A stretch of DNA of 64,000 bases from contig NC_083223.1 of assembly GCF_032191835.1 (NCBI RefSeq), positions 34,596,001-34,660,000 on the forward strand, read 5' to 3'. The DNA is from Heteronotia binoei. Lineage: Eukaryota. Every line of letters starts with the position of its first letter. Within the stretch, counting starts at the first letter, position 1. Below the pieces are notes generated by a model. That model saw only the letters and a list, made by a program, of their open reading frames with translations, searched no databases and was not told where the DNA came from. Of this stretch, positions 1 through 12,400 are shown piece by piece. Position numbers and translations under genes: made by a program.

Positions 1-1242
1 CTAGGTGGGCTTCAGTGGGGTGGACACTGTAAAAGTTAGGTGCCACACCACCATAAAGACAGCCCCATTTCTAACTGCCATCTGTCTTATTCCCATGGCA
101 AAGACAATGAGAGAAGGCCTTGAGATTAAGAACTTTACATCTGGGTAGTATAGGAGAAGGCAGTCCCAGAAGATTGGATTGATAAATTCCTATTGCAGAA
201 GATGCTATTTCTGAAGGTTCTGAAGGTTCAGAACAAAGCTATGATGGCCCCATCTACCTCCCTCCCTTACAGGCAAGATTTTCCCTCCACTTTTTCTTTC
301 CCTTTTGTGACTGAGCCTCCTTGATTATCTGTTTCTTCTTTTCCTGAAGAATTCTGGCTGTCCCACCCTGTCACAGTATAATATTTTGTCAGTTTGCTCA
401 AGAACCTGAAGGAAGGAATGGGAGCCCCCTTTAATTTATATGACTTAAATGGCACTTAAGAAGTTTTTATATTCCAAATGAATAAAATGTTTTATTTAAC
501 ATAGAGGGGAAAGGCCAGGTGAAATCAGGGATAAAATCTGAGGTAAAACCGGTTTCATGCACAGACGTTAGTTCTTATGCTTCAGGCTAATGAGAGTTTC
601 TATTTTACAACCAATATGAAAGACATGTAGTGTCTGTTTGGTAACCGTTACTTACTTTTCTTTCTGAAAATGACATAATTCTGCAGAATCAATATTATAG
701 AAAGTTAATTTATTTTTGATAGTCTTGTTGCTTATGTATATTATGCAACCAATTGTTAAACTTCGGTTAGGTTTATGTAACACACAATGAAGATCAGACT
801 TTGAAGGATTGTATTAGATTATATATAGCAATGTATCTATTTATGTTTCCATTGGTTTTCTGTTTGATTTTTAAATGTTGGATTAAAAATTATTTTAAAA
901 AGAAAAGAAAAAAGAGTTTCTGAAGCTACTCAGTTACTTAAAATCTTGTATTAAGAGGCTTTTTCCAGTGTTTCCCCCAAATGCTCCTGTACACCTTCTT
1001 TGAGTATTCTCTAACTCTTTTGGTTTCCAGAAGGCTGGTGCACTCTTTCCAGTACCTAAACCCCTAAACTCCTTCTCTTGAAACACCAATACTCATCTTC
1101 AGTTTTTAACTGACTTTTTAGGTTTCTAAAGACAGTTTCTAACCACACCAGACCAAGGATCACTGTTCTCTTCAGAACTATCAACCTGTTTAGACTTGGG
1201 TGGGAAATTCTTCTCTCTTTAGAAGATCTATCTCCTTTCCTT

Positions 1243-1398
1243 CAGGGCCAGCCCTAGACTGTCTGGCACCCTAGGCAAGGCTAGCTTCTGGCAATCCCCC
1301 TGCACTGATAATGTCACCGAGTCACATGGGGGCACCCAATTCAGAGCCCCCAGAAGGCCAGCGCCCTAAGAAATTGTCTAGCGGCACGGTCGGCCCTG
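1243..1398. mobile_element. hAT-type MITE
   Basis: TIR CAGGGCC...GGCCCTG; 8-bp flanks CTTTCCTT (1235-1242) and CTTTTCTT (1399-1406), one mismatch. Confidence 0.75.
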
Positions 1399-2413
1399 CT
1401 TTTCTTGGCCAAATGGGAGTCTTCATCTAACTACCCATTCATCCTTGCCAGCTTTCCCCAGTTCTCCTGTTCTAAACTGTTCTCAATCAAAGCTGAATTT
1501 CAAATGATTTCTCCTCCTCAGCATTCTGCTCTAAAGTCTCTCTCTGCTCAGCTGATGCTAATCAATCAGATTACTTGGAGCAGTCTGCCACTCAAGGCTC
1601 TCTTTTTCTGTAAAGAATTAACCCTTCATAGTCCTTCAGCTGTTTGTACAGCACTTCTGAACTTTTACATCACAGAAGCCACCTAAAAATGCTGTTCAGC
1701 ATTACCACCTCTTAGTTTGGCAGAGCACACAAACAGTGTCATCTTAAGCAGAGTTATACCATTCTAAGACTGTTGAAGTCAGTGGACTTAAAAAGGTGTA
1801 ATTCTGCTGCAGGATTCATCCCTCACAATGCAAGACCTTGCACTCTGTTGCTGTCAAACCAAAGATTCCTTCTGCTTATACTAAACACCCCAGCAGCAGT
1901 CATTAGCAGTTCATAGGCATCAGCTGCTATCCTTTTATTTATTTAATTGTGCAGTGCTTTGGCTCCTTTAGAAATCTGCTTGACTTATACACAACAGCAC
2001 GAGCTATTACTTAGGGAACAATGGCAGCTTAATGAATAAATAAAAGCGTTTGTGGTTGTTAGCACCATTAAGTTGTTCCCATCTGGATTCTAACAGTGTG
2101 ATAGCAAACTCCTCGCAAGAAAATGTTCAGCATAAAATAAAACTACCCCCTTGCTTTTTGAGGAATGATCTCTCATAGATCTTTTGTAAAAGGTCACTCA
2201 GGATCTCTTCTGGTAGAATATAATTCATGTGAAGTACATACTCTTGCTGAGCTTTAATCTTCTGAAAGAGGCACAGTACAAAAAGTAAGGTGAGGTCAAA
2301 TAGTGCACTGGGTTTTAACCAGCAGAGAAGATCAGGAGAAGTGTTCAGAGAAGGAGGGTGATCTGAAAAATTGCCAGAATTGTTCAGCTATTGCAATCCA
2401 CCTGGAAGAGGTA

Positions 2414-2977
2414 TAAGAACATAAGAGAAGCCATGATGGATCAAACTTCTCCAGACCAACACTCTGTCACACAGTGGTCAAAAAACCAGGTGCCATCAGG
2501 AGGTCCACCAGTGGGGCCAGGACACTAGAAGCCCTCCCACTGTTGCCCCCCCTCCAGCACCAAGAATACAAAGCATCACTAGCCCCAGACAGAGAGTTCC
2601 ATCTATACTTTGTGGCTAATAGCCACCGATGTCCTCTGTTCCATATGTTTATCCAATCCCCTCTTAATGCTGTCTATGCTTGTAGCTGCCACCACCTCCT
2701 GTGGCAATGAATTCCATGTGTTAATCACTCTTTGGGTGAAGAAGTACTTCCTTTTATCCATTCTAACCCAGCTGCTGAGCAATTTCATTGCATGTCCATG
2801 AGTTCTCGTATTGTGAGAAAAGGAGAAAAGTACTTCTTTCTCTACCTTCTCTATCCCATGCATAATCTTGTAAACCTCTATCATATCACCCTTCAATTGA
2901 CATTTCTTCAAGCTAAAGATCCTCAAGAGTTTTAAGCTTTCTTCACAAGGAAAGTGTTCCAACCTTTTAATCATTCT
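2414..2977 (-). mobile_element. CR1 LINE 3' fragment (end of RT plus 3'UTR)
   Basis: Minus ORF has QLKGDMIEVYKIMHG...RTHGHAMKL...KYFFTQRVINTWNSLPQEVV, the typical CR1 ORF2 C-terminus; TTCTTATG-type tail at 2414-2430. Confidence 0.92.
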
Positions 2978-3070
2978 ATTAGTTTTCAATTCCCTTTCAA
3001 ATAATTCCCTGCATAGCTCTGGCCTTTTTAAAATTGCAGTTGCACATTGTCTCAGCATTTTCAGTGAGGG

Positions 3071-5116
3071 GCAGCCCAATCCAGACATATGTGGCGGCTG
3101 GCCTCTCGGGTGTGGGCGGATCTACAGCTCCACTCATTGGCTTCCAAAGGGGAGATGTTACGCCATGCTTGGAAGGGGAAGAGCGGCCCGACGAGTGAGA
3201 GAGAACCCATTGCCATGGTGATTCCGCCCAGGCGCACGCCATTGGCCCACTGCCGAGGCGGGGGTGGGGGAGGCGTAGGCTCACGCAGGACCACAGGATT
3301 GGCCAGCCCATTGCACATGACCAGGCGAGGGGGCAGAAAGCCCGCACTTGAGAGGCTGTCAACCCCCCCACTTTCTCCCACTGTCAGAGACTCTGCCAAT
3401 GGCAGGCAGGCAGGCAGAGGCATGCGCGGACATGCAGGAAGTGCCAAGTGCAGGAGTTTGCTGTCCCAGACAGTGGCTGGAATGTTTGTCTGGGAGCGGC
3501 CAGACCAAGTCCAAAAGACACCTCCTGGAGCCCCCCCCCCGGTGTTACCCTGCTGCCGCCCCCTGCTATGTGCAAGGAACACCTCCCCTGGGGGCTGCAG
3601 AACTCAGAGCGCAAGCCGCTGCGCATTCATCCACTTCAGTGCCCCCCCAAGTGCCCAGTGCACAATAGCCCTGTGTGATCGGGTAGGCCATCAGCCCAGG
3701 CAGGCTGCGGTGCGGCATCCCCCCTCCCGTCCAGCCACATGGGGCAGTGTGGCGGCTCATAGCCCATCCCCCCCCACAAGAACCAAGTCTGCCCACCCTT
3801 CCAGGCACTCCCTTTGAGAGGCCACTGATGGGGGGGGGTGCCCCGGGAAAGTGCAGCAGATGCCAAGCAGGAGAGACAACAGAGGGCACAGCTCAGACTT
3901 TATTTTTCTGGAAGAGAGCATACTGAGCAGTCTCGCCGTGGGCAGGGCTCCATTCCGAGTGGCAGGCAGAAGCAGCTGAGGGAGTGGGGGGGGGGGGCGG
4001 TGGTGGAGCAACACACGCGGAAGCCTCTGTGTTGGAGTCCCACCTGCAAAACAGAGACAGAGATTAAGAGCACCTGCAGGGGCAGCAGCTGGAAGAGCAG
4101 GCTGCATTTCAGCTGGGCGCTCTCTTAAAGGGGCAGTCTCTGACCCACCTCCCCGCATCGGGGCAGCTACCACACATACATACCCCGTGCCCTCCCAGGG
4201 GTTGGGAATGCGGCAGAGGGCAGACCAAGGGAAGGGAGCAGGCAGCAGCATAGGGGAGTGTGCTCAGCAAATGCCCCCTGCTGGAGCCCACTGCCGGGTT
4301 CAAGTGCCAGAGACGCTCGCACACTGAGCGGTCAAGAGCGAAGGGAGGGGGAGGATGGGTGGGGGGGGGACAGTGGAACTTACCCAGCCATGGGCAACAG
4401 TCCTCACATGCAGAGCCTCTGGGAGCCCAGAACCTGTGGAGACCTGGAAACAAGAGCAGTTAGCCGCAGGGGAAAGATCTCTCTCTCCCCCTCGCAAGTC
4501 AAAGATACTGTCAAAACAACCGTGCGGTGCAAAACCCATCACCAGCGTGCCTGCCTGCCCCTCACTCTAAATCTGTATGGCTGGGAGCTTGCCAGCAGAA
4601 CTTCCCGCCACGCGAAGCTGTCCCTAACAAATGAGTTGTGTGAGGCAGAGCAGAAGTATTTCTGAGGGGGGCCGTGATTGGACGCCGGGGAGGGGACTCA
4701 CCAGGCCGAGGTGCGAGGTGATTGGTGAGGCAATCACACCACTCCCTAAGGGGTTTGCGAGCTTTCGCAGCTGCAGAGGCGACCTTTGTTTCTGGTTTCA
4801 ACGAGTGCCTATGGGACACAACGTTGTGCCTCTGGGGGAGGCGTGTCATGGGCCAAGCTGCTCAGAAGCCGCCTAAGCTTGGTCATGCCCCCAACTCCAC
4901 CCCCTCCTCCACCAGAACGCCACTCTCCGCCTCACTTCCGCCCACGCTTGGGCGCTGCCCTTGGGCATAGCGGCGCTCGGGCGGCCTCATGCCCATGTAA
5001 TTCCCCTCCACTGTGGCGGTGCCAGTCGTACGTTGGTGCAAACCCTTCCTGCGCCCACGTAGCGGCTCGTCTGCTCCCAAAAGACTTTCTGCCCCCCCCC
5101 CCCCGGATTGTGCTGT
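3071..5116. mobile_element. GC/CpG-rich non-coding composite repeat, probably a non-autonomous DNA transposon
   Basis: Ends CAGCCCAATCC (3072-3082) and GGATTGTGCTG (5105-5115) form an imperfect 11-bp inverted repeat; sharp GC-content edges; no recognisable protein; no clean TSD. Confidence 0.4.
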
Positions 5117-6382
5117 TAAAATGTTATTTTTTAAATGTTATTTATCCAGTAATAACAGTGAGTTAGACCCTAAGTTAAACCCATGGAGTGTATCCTCCCC
5201 TTTCAGCTGCAGCCCCACTGAGATTCCCCCAAATTCTGTTCCTCTGGGGAGTGAGGGGGTGAGTCAAGAGAGCCTCAAAAGCAGTGTTTGTGGGGGATGT
5301 GGGGTTCTGAGAGAAGATGGAAGGAAACCAACAATATAATTCTGCCAGTATACCTGCTGGCAAACCAGTAGAATGGCACTTAGAATCTAAGCCATTGTTT
5401 TGGAGAAAAAGCAGTCTTGACTTTTGCTTTTAGCATTGTTTTTCTGAGCTCATAAACATAACATTTATATCCTCTGCCATTCTTTTGTTTTTTTTCTAGC
5501 TCATAAATAAAGCTTTTAAACTGGACGTTGCAGCATCAAAGTTTAATTTTTTTAGTAAACAGAGTAAACAAACGTTCAACAAACTACTTCACACTATTTA
5601 CTATTATTCTGGCGGCATTTTCCCTCTTTATTTTCATTTCTGAGAAAATAACTGCCCTACAAGCACACACATGTGCAATCTATACACATTTTTAGACTAT
5701 ATGCCTGTGTATGCTTAACCATTTGATTACAAGTTTATCCCAAGCCTTTAATAAATGGACAGTTTTTTCCATTCATTTTTATTCATGCTGTTTATTTATT
5801 TTTGTTTGATCCTCCCCCTCCAAAAACAAAAACCCAAATAACACAGTATTTAAAATAGTCACAATAATACTTGGATTAATTTAGCAATTTTAAATTGAAA
5901 GAGAGAAACTCAATCCTATGGCAACAATTGTAATTCCTGGGGGAAATCAGAGTTTCCCTGAAGCCCATGAGGTTATGAGGCAGGGTTAGAAACAGCCAAT
6001 ATAATATCCTAAATCCTGTCTTTATTATTAAAAAGGCTACTGTCTGCCACTGAAGCAAACATCATCTGATCTTTTGACAGAAACCTGAATGAAATTTCTG
6101 ATTCCTAATATTGTCTTTACTCCTTTCCCTCAAAATAAGAGGCACCTGGAAATCCTTCTGGTTTCTGAGTCTGAATTGCAATCTCTAATGCTGTCCATGT
6201 GCCCCATTCTGACAGCCAAAATTAGCATGTTGAAAGAAACCAGTATTGATACAACTGATAGAATAGACCATGGACTATTACATTTCATGTCACATGACTC
6301 TCCATCTTGTTCCATGGGGGTAGCAACATTAGCCTCTTGCAACAGCTACCACAACAAAACCTACAACAAAAAGGCACCTTGA

Positions 6383-6530
6383 ACATATGAAGCTGCCTTA
6401 TAGCATGTCACTCCACTGGGTCCATCAAGGTCAGCACTGTCTACTCTCATGAGCTGTGGCTTATCAGGTTCTCACATGGAAGTCTTTCACATCACCTACT
6501 ATCTGAGCCTTTAAACTAGGGGTGCCTTGG
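6383..6530 (-). mobile_element. SINE fragment with CR1-like tail (AACATATGAAGCTGCC family)
   Basis: Similar to the fuller copy at 32419-32629. Confidence 0.6.
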
Positions 6531-7290
6531 ACAGGGCTGGTTATAGTTTTTTGTTAGCCTAGGCAAAGACAATCCCTCTCACCTCTACTGTCACTGCTTA
6601 TCAATCTTTCTCCATGTTTGGATACACAATATCTTAGAGGGATGGTGCGTTCTTCCTTTGGTGTTCAAAAGTGTCATGGAGGAGGGCATCTCTACTACCC
6701 ATTTTATCTGACATTTCTATATTATTGAACAGGCTTTAAAGATTTTAAAATGCATTGAAAAGCAATTTATTCTCCAACAAATAATGTAAAAGAAAATATA
6801 TTTCAGCTTGCAGTCCTTCTCATAGCACTTTTTTTTAAACATCTACTTTATTCTAATGGCTTTTACAGGTAAAAACATTTGAATTGCCGTTTACATAATT
6901 ATTGACTCTAGAACAAAAAGGGATAATTATACAAAGAACATTAAGCAATCCATTGTTTGTTTAAAACCAGATATCCCCTTCCATTCTTTATAGGTGATGA
7001 GCAGAATCTTGTAAATGCATGAAGATTCCCACCCCACCCCCCATATTATTTCTCCTCACTTCCACTTTCCTGGGTTGCATTGTGTCAAATGGGAATCCCC
7101 CACCCACCAGTGTTTCACTATAAAAGTGTCTGTTTCTTCCTCTGAATATAAAATAGGCTTTGCTCACTGAAGAGTATGTATTTTGTTGGATGGATGCCCC
7201 TTTGACATATACCATCTTCCACTGAACTCACCCCATCCTCCAAAAAAAAAAAAAAAAAAAGTCCAAAGCCCTGCTCTATTTTGACTCCAT

Positions 7291-7577
7291 GGGCGTTTTC
7301 GCACTGACCTTCAAGTGGTGCGACCACCTTCCTCACGCCGGCGGATCTGCAGGGATTTCGCACCAGAAGCGCCGGCGCACCCAAAAGAGCCGGCGACTTC
7401 CGTCGCGAAACCAGCTCAAACGTTTTCCTGCTTCTTGGTGGTTTCCGTTTGAGCTGGTTTCGCGACGGAAGTCGCCGGCTCTTTTGGGTGCGCCGGCGCT
7501 TCTGGTGCGAAATCCCTGCAGATCCGCCGGCGTGAGGAGGGTGGTCGCACCACTTGAAGGTCAGTGCGAAAACGCCC
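7291..7577. mobile_element. Foldback MITE, PIF/Harbinger-like
   Basis: 132-bp arms (7291-7422 and 7446-7577) with one mismatch, 23-bp spacer, 3-bp TSD CAT (7288-7290 and 7578-7580). Confidence 0.85.
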
Positions 7578-8011
7578 CATGTATCTTGCTATAGGAGGAC
7601 TGGAGATCTTGATTCAGTTATTTTGGGTTAAGTTTTGTCTCCCCCCTTTTTTTCTTTCTTTCATGGGGCCTGGAGATTTCCGAGAGTTACTACTGTTCTT
7701 GTGAAAAGCAGAATGCAGAGGCTGCCACTGCAGCTCCCCTTTTCTGTCATCTTTGAACACTCCCCTCCTGGAAAAATAAAGTCAACCCCCCTCCTAATTT
7801 ATGTACTGTTGATGAGGGAACTTGATGGTTGGCAAGAGCAGGTGGGCCAAGGCATGAAAAGGACTGGGCCATGTGCAGGGCAGGACCTAGACTGTTTGGA
7901 ACCCGAGGCAAGGCTAACAACTTGCCCCCCCCCCCCCACACGCACTGATAACCAATTTTCAAAAACAGATTAATTGTGGGGAAAATGAAAAGCACAGAAC
8001 TTGAAATTGCT

Positions 8012-8080
8012 CCCTGACCTGGATAGCCTATGCATGCCTGATCTTGTCAGATCTGAGAAGCTGAGCAGGGCCAACTCTGG
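8012..8080 (+). mobile_element. 5S rRNA-derived SINE head fragment
   Basis: CCTGATCTTGTCAGATCTGAGAAGCTGAGCAGGG resembles the 5S rRNA box A region; matches the head of the 32010 copy. Confidence 0.65.
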
Positions 8081-8530
8081 CAAGTTTTGTTTGTTTGTTT
8101 TGAATTTCAGTTTATGAACTTGCCAAACATACACATATGAAATATGAACATAACAATAACCATAGCCTTGTAAGAATCTCAGAATGAGCATCAGGCAAGA
8201 GTAAAAGCAGACTTGAGCTGCTGGCACAACCTCTTTTTTATTTCCTGAATTTTTTCTTGAAAGTGAAATATTCTTACAAGCAGTAGTCTCTAGCTTCCAC
8301 ACTAGACACCACTTGCAAGGGTGAGAGCACATTAAAAACTATCCAGGGTACACACACCCTCTTCCATCAAAAGCATAAGTCAAACTACAAATCCACTCCT
8401 TGCCTTAAAATCTGGGTAGCTGAGGATGAGAAAGGTTTTTTTTTACCATTGAATTCTTAGACCCCCAATAATGCTGTGGGTCTTTGAGGTATTACTGGAT
8501 TTGAATCTAGCTCTTCTACTGCTGACCAAC

Positions 8531-8554
8531 ATACACACACACACACACACACAC
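8531..8554. repeat. (CA)n microsatellite
   Basis: Direct reading. Confidence 0.9.
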
Positions 8555-8574
8555 AGAAAGTATCAGTAAAGTCA

Positions 8575-8620
8575 CTTTTGCTAGTCTTAAAGGTGCCACT
8601 GGATTAAAACTTTGTTCCTT
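8575..8620 (+). mobile_element. Penelope-like element terminal fragment
   Basis: CTAGTCTTAAAGGTGCCACTGGA matches the sauropsid PLE 3' end from memory; the same motif is inverted at 42862-42915. Confidence 0.5.
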
Positions 8621-8799
8621 TGGTTAATGCCGATATTGTAAAGAGCTATAGTGCAATTACTGTTTTTTTTTTTAAAGCTGTGGTGACACCATAGAAAACA
8701 AAAAGTTGGGAAAATGGCACCAGCAAGATGCTGATGGAGAGGAAAAGACATCAATGTTGGCAGAATCTTCAAAGTAGGAAAATGTGCCCCATTTCTTCC

Positions 8800-9960
8800 A
8801 CATGACACGCAAATGTGCTTAGACTGAAGTAAAGCAGATTGGGAAGGAGTCTCTTGCAAGCCTTCTACAATGTCAATGGACCAGTATCCCACTTTGATGC
8901 AGCAGATTTCCCTACCCCACCCCCACATATTTGTTGCACCAGGATGCTCAAGAAATCCAGAACATGCAATGCTTCATTTCCATGAAGCTGAACTCTTTGT
9001 GCAAGGCTCCCAATATTCATTCAAAGGACATTAGATTCCAGGATAAAACTACAGACCCAGAATTCCCTGCTGTCTGGGGTACTGCTGTAGTAGTATTGAA
9101 AGTGCCAGGAAGGGAGAGAATGGGAGAGACTTCCCTCCTTGCTGCTCCATCTTCTTTCTTGGTGAAGTCACCAACATCCACAATTCCAAAATACAAGGCT
9201 CCCCTACAATCCAAGGAAAGCATCAGGATCAAGAATTCTTCTTTGCTTTGGACTATGGACTTTGGCTTTGATCAGCCTACTAATTACACCAAGTGCCCTT
9301 CAAGCAGCATACCATAGCTGATGACAGCAGCAATGGCAGAGGAGGCCACTGATCTGGTGTCCAGATCCTAGGACAGCAGAGTAGGGCAATGGGGAACCCT
9401 GGCAGGACTTCTGGAGTGGAGGAGGCCACCTCAGCGTGAGTAACAGATAGTCTGGCTGGGGGGTGCCCAGAGAAGGCAGGTCACAGGTGGTGGCTTCGGG
9501 GGCTGGGGCTTCTGCTGCTGCTCAGGACAAGCCAGCCATCATTGCCTGCACCCTGGTGCTGCTCTCTGCCTTCAGTGCAAACCTGAGAGCAGCAGCCAAA
9601 GAGCCAGGGGCAGAGAGTCCAGGTGACATCAGCCATGTGAGGCAAGGGGCTCCTGCGGTTGCTGCAAGTGGCTCAGCTCAGGTGCACAGGCTGCAAAGAG
9701 TGGGAGTGTGGTGACCAGCAGCACATGCTGTGCGTTGAGCCAGCACCCTTGCCAGCACCCTCTCTAGCAGTGCCCAGAACAAGCAGTAACCAGATCCGGC
9801 CCTTGCCGTTCCAGAATCCACTGCAGCATACTGCTCTCAGTCTGCATCATGGAGTCACATGGGTGGTGTCAATTCAGAGCCCTGGGAAAGCTGCCACCCC
9901 AGGCTATTGCCAAAGGTCCCCTAGTGGTGGGTCCAGCCCTGGTCATGTGCTTCAAAGCCT
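8800..9960 (+). mobile_element. Possible ancient DIRS-like retrotransposon remnant
   Basis: Weak motifs only: AVVVLKVPGRERMG...SFLVK, FGFDQPTNYTKC (cf. PFGL..APRVFTKC) and CTGC...HMLC. Confidence 0.25.
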
Positions 9961-10454
9961 ATAAGAGCAACTGCTTTGTGCACCAAGCAATCTACAAAAG
10001 AAAAGCTGGGAATGGAGGTGGGAGAGGGACACTCTCTCCCTCATTGGCAGAAGCTTTTCCAGCCACCTTTCCACCCCATCCTTTTCCAACCACCTTTGAA
10101 CACTCCCCAGCAAAAATACAGCCGCCCAAAGCTTCTTCCTTATGTGCTGCTGATGAGGGGAATCAAGGGCTGTTTGGTACAAGTTAGCAGGCTAAGGTGT
10201 GAAAAGGACTAGGCCACCTGCTTCAGAGACTGCAGGGACTTCATGCACTAAGCAAGCTGCAATGGGAAAGCTGAGGTGGGTAGGTGGGGGAGGGAGACGA
10301 CTTCCCTCATTGGCAGAAGCTGCAATTGGGAGTGGGCCAACTAGCAGCTCTCATTTGTCAGCAACTGACCAAGTAAACCCTGTTCTGACACTGATATTGG
10401 ACTGAATCTGGGACCTTCTGCAAGCAAATCAGATGTTCTCCCATTGATCCAAAA

Positions 10455-11040
10455 TCCCGTTTCAAGACTAACAAATTTATCAAAGCAGAATTTCATGGGC
10501 TTGAGCCTTCTTCATCAGATACATAAAACAGTCTACAGAATATATATTTGTGAAATGAAGATTGTGACATTTCTATGCAACACTCAATAGAAGATAAGTA
10601 CAGAGACCATTCACAATGGATGTAGTTTGTGATAACAAGTTATGAATTAAGTGGTTATGTTAAACAATTTTACATCTGTAGTGGTCCAGGAAAGTTTTAG
10701 CTCTTTTAACCCTTTTTGAATGCAGGAAAATCTATTACTGAATTCTAATGCATCATTTCTCACTTCCCTTGAAGTTCTCCAGTTTGGTTGGGTAGAAATC
10801 CTGATGAAATCTCTCAAGAGATTCCTTCCAGTGAATCCAGATAACCAGGATGTCATTGATGTATCCCAAGCAGAGGAATAATATTTGGGGATAAGACCTT
10901 ATAGTGTTATCATATTATCATGGACCCCAGTAAATTCCCAACCTCTGAAGTCATATGTGGCACCATCTACCGACAAGGTCCCTACACTGTTTACACAAGA
11001 CAATAATGGATACGTATCCAGTCACTTCATTAAATAAAAT
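10455..11040 (-). mobile_element. Penelope-like element remnant (RT fragment plus 3' end)
   Basis: Minus strand gives YINDILVIWIHWKESLERFHQDF (cf. PLE RT YIDDIFIIWTHG..L..FH..F) and ends CTGATGA...GAAA...AAATTTGTTAGTCTT. Confidence 0.75.
10484..10522 (-). ncRNA. Degenerate hammerhead ribozyme core in the PLE end
   Basis: CTGATGA-AGAAGGCTCAAGCCCAT-GAAA; stems eroded. Confidence 0.4.
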
Positions 11041-11178
11041 TTGAAGTCTTCCTCAAGTTTAAGCCTTCCTCCCAGTCCCAGCAGAAATGGCTCCTCCTCC
11101 AATGGAAGAGACACTAAAGTTGGAAAAAACCTCCTTAGGCTGGAGGAAATGGCCCAGCTTCTACACAAAACAAGACCA

Positions 11179-11392
11179 GGGTTGCCAGCTTCCAGGTGGG
11201 GCCTGGAGATCTCCCGCTTTTATAACTGATCTCCACCTGGCAGAGATCAGCTTCCCTGGAGAAAACGACTGCTTTGAAGGATAGACTCTATGGCCTTGTA
11301 CCAAGCCGAGGCTCCTCCCCTCCCAAAACCCCACTTTCTCCCGGATCCACCCCCAAAGTCTCCAGGTATTTTCCAACACGGACCTGGCCACC
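11179..11392. mobile_element. hAT MITE (TAGGGTTGCC family)
   Basis: GGGTTGCCAG...CTGGCCACCC ends; internal sequence shared with many copies in the window. Confidence 0.75.
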
Positions 11393-11499
11393 CAAAACAA
11401 GACAGAAATGCAAACTTGACAACATTAGAAATGGCACTGAGCCGGGGCACTCATCAACTGACCTGGAAACAGACTCTTTTTAACACATTCTAATTCCCA

Positions 11500-12400
11500 C
11501 TCCCACAAATCAAGGCAGGGCTAAAAGGGTTTATAGTATAACTAGAAAATGCTCAGGCTTCTCACTCTCTAAGTAATTTTGTAAAAATAAAACCAACCCA
11601 TTATAACTAAACAAAATGGCTCTACTTTCCGAAGTAAGAAAAATTATTCCTTCAAATTATGCATTTTCCAAGGGCTATTTATGATATTTCTAAAAAGAAA
11701 TATCTAATCCCAGAGTTAAAAGATCTGTGAATTCTGACCTTTTCTGTGCCAGCCTGGTAAAACAGTTCAGATAATATGGGATTTTAAGATTTTGGAAGAT
11801 ATTCAACAAGGAGCATGCTATAAGCATTCCCACTCCAAACAAGCTTGCCCAGCGGCCTCATATAAATGTTGAACAAAAGACAGAACAAATAAGAACCTCA
11901 CAGGACCCTACAAGGGAAGTTCTACAATGATGATGAATAATGGATGAAGCTGCTTCTCCCAGCCACTGGCCTTCGTCAGCGGAGATGCTCCATTATTAAT
12001 ATGTTTGCTGCCAAGCCAAACTTTATAATCACAATAAACAGATTTGATGAAGTAGCCTAACTTTACCATCAGGGCCTGTATCTCCTTGATCTTGTTGCTA
12101 AGCTTCTTAAATTTTCTACGCATCAAATCATAAACCTTTCTTTCCATTTATTTTTCTAGAAGCAGTTTAGGATCATAAGCTATTTGCTTTGTAGAAATAA
12201 CAGATAAATTGGCTTTATACTGGGGATTAAGCAGGACCCTGATATTTTCCCCGTATTAAATTTTGAAAATGGGATACTTATATGGGGGCAAATTGAAACC
12301 TTGGGCTTATAAATTTGTGTTGCCACTGAATTATTCTCAGCTTTGGACATGTCTCCTGGGCCATGTCCATTTGAATTCCATTTTTCAGTAGACAAGATGC
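11500..12400 (-). mobile_element. Degraded LINE RT remnants (L1-like, plus an L2-like piece near 11820-11910)
   Basis: FIKSVYCDYKVWL...INNG...LFIIIVELPL (L1-like); LFNIYMRPLGKL (L2-like); GPDG motif. Confidence 0.55.

Noticed and set aside
2997-5166. Many overlapping 100-240 aa ORFs
   Set aside because: Low-complexity Pro/Gly/Ala/Arg translations on both strands, as expected from stop-poor GC-rich DNA; no domain motifs
10145-10210. Hammerhead from CTGATGAG...GAAA
   Set aside because: No stem II or stem I complementarity between the motifs, and the sister copy has TTGATGAG
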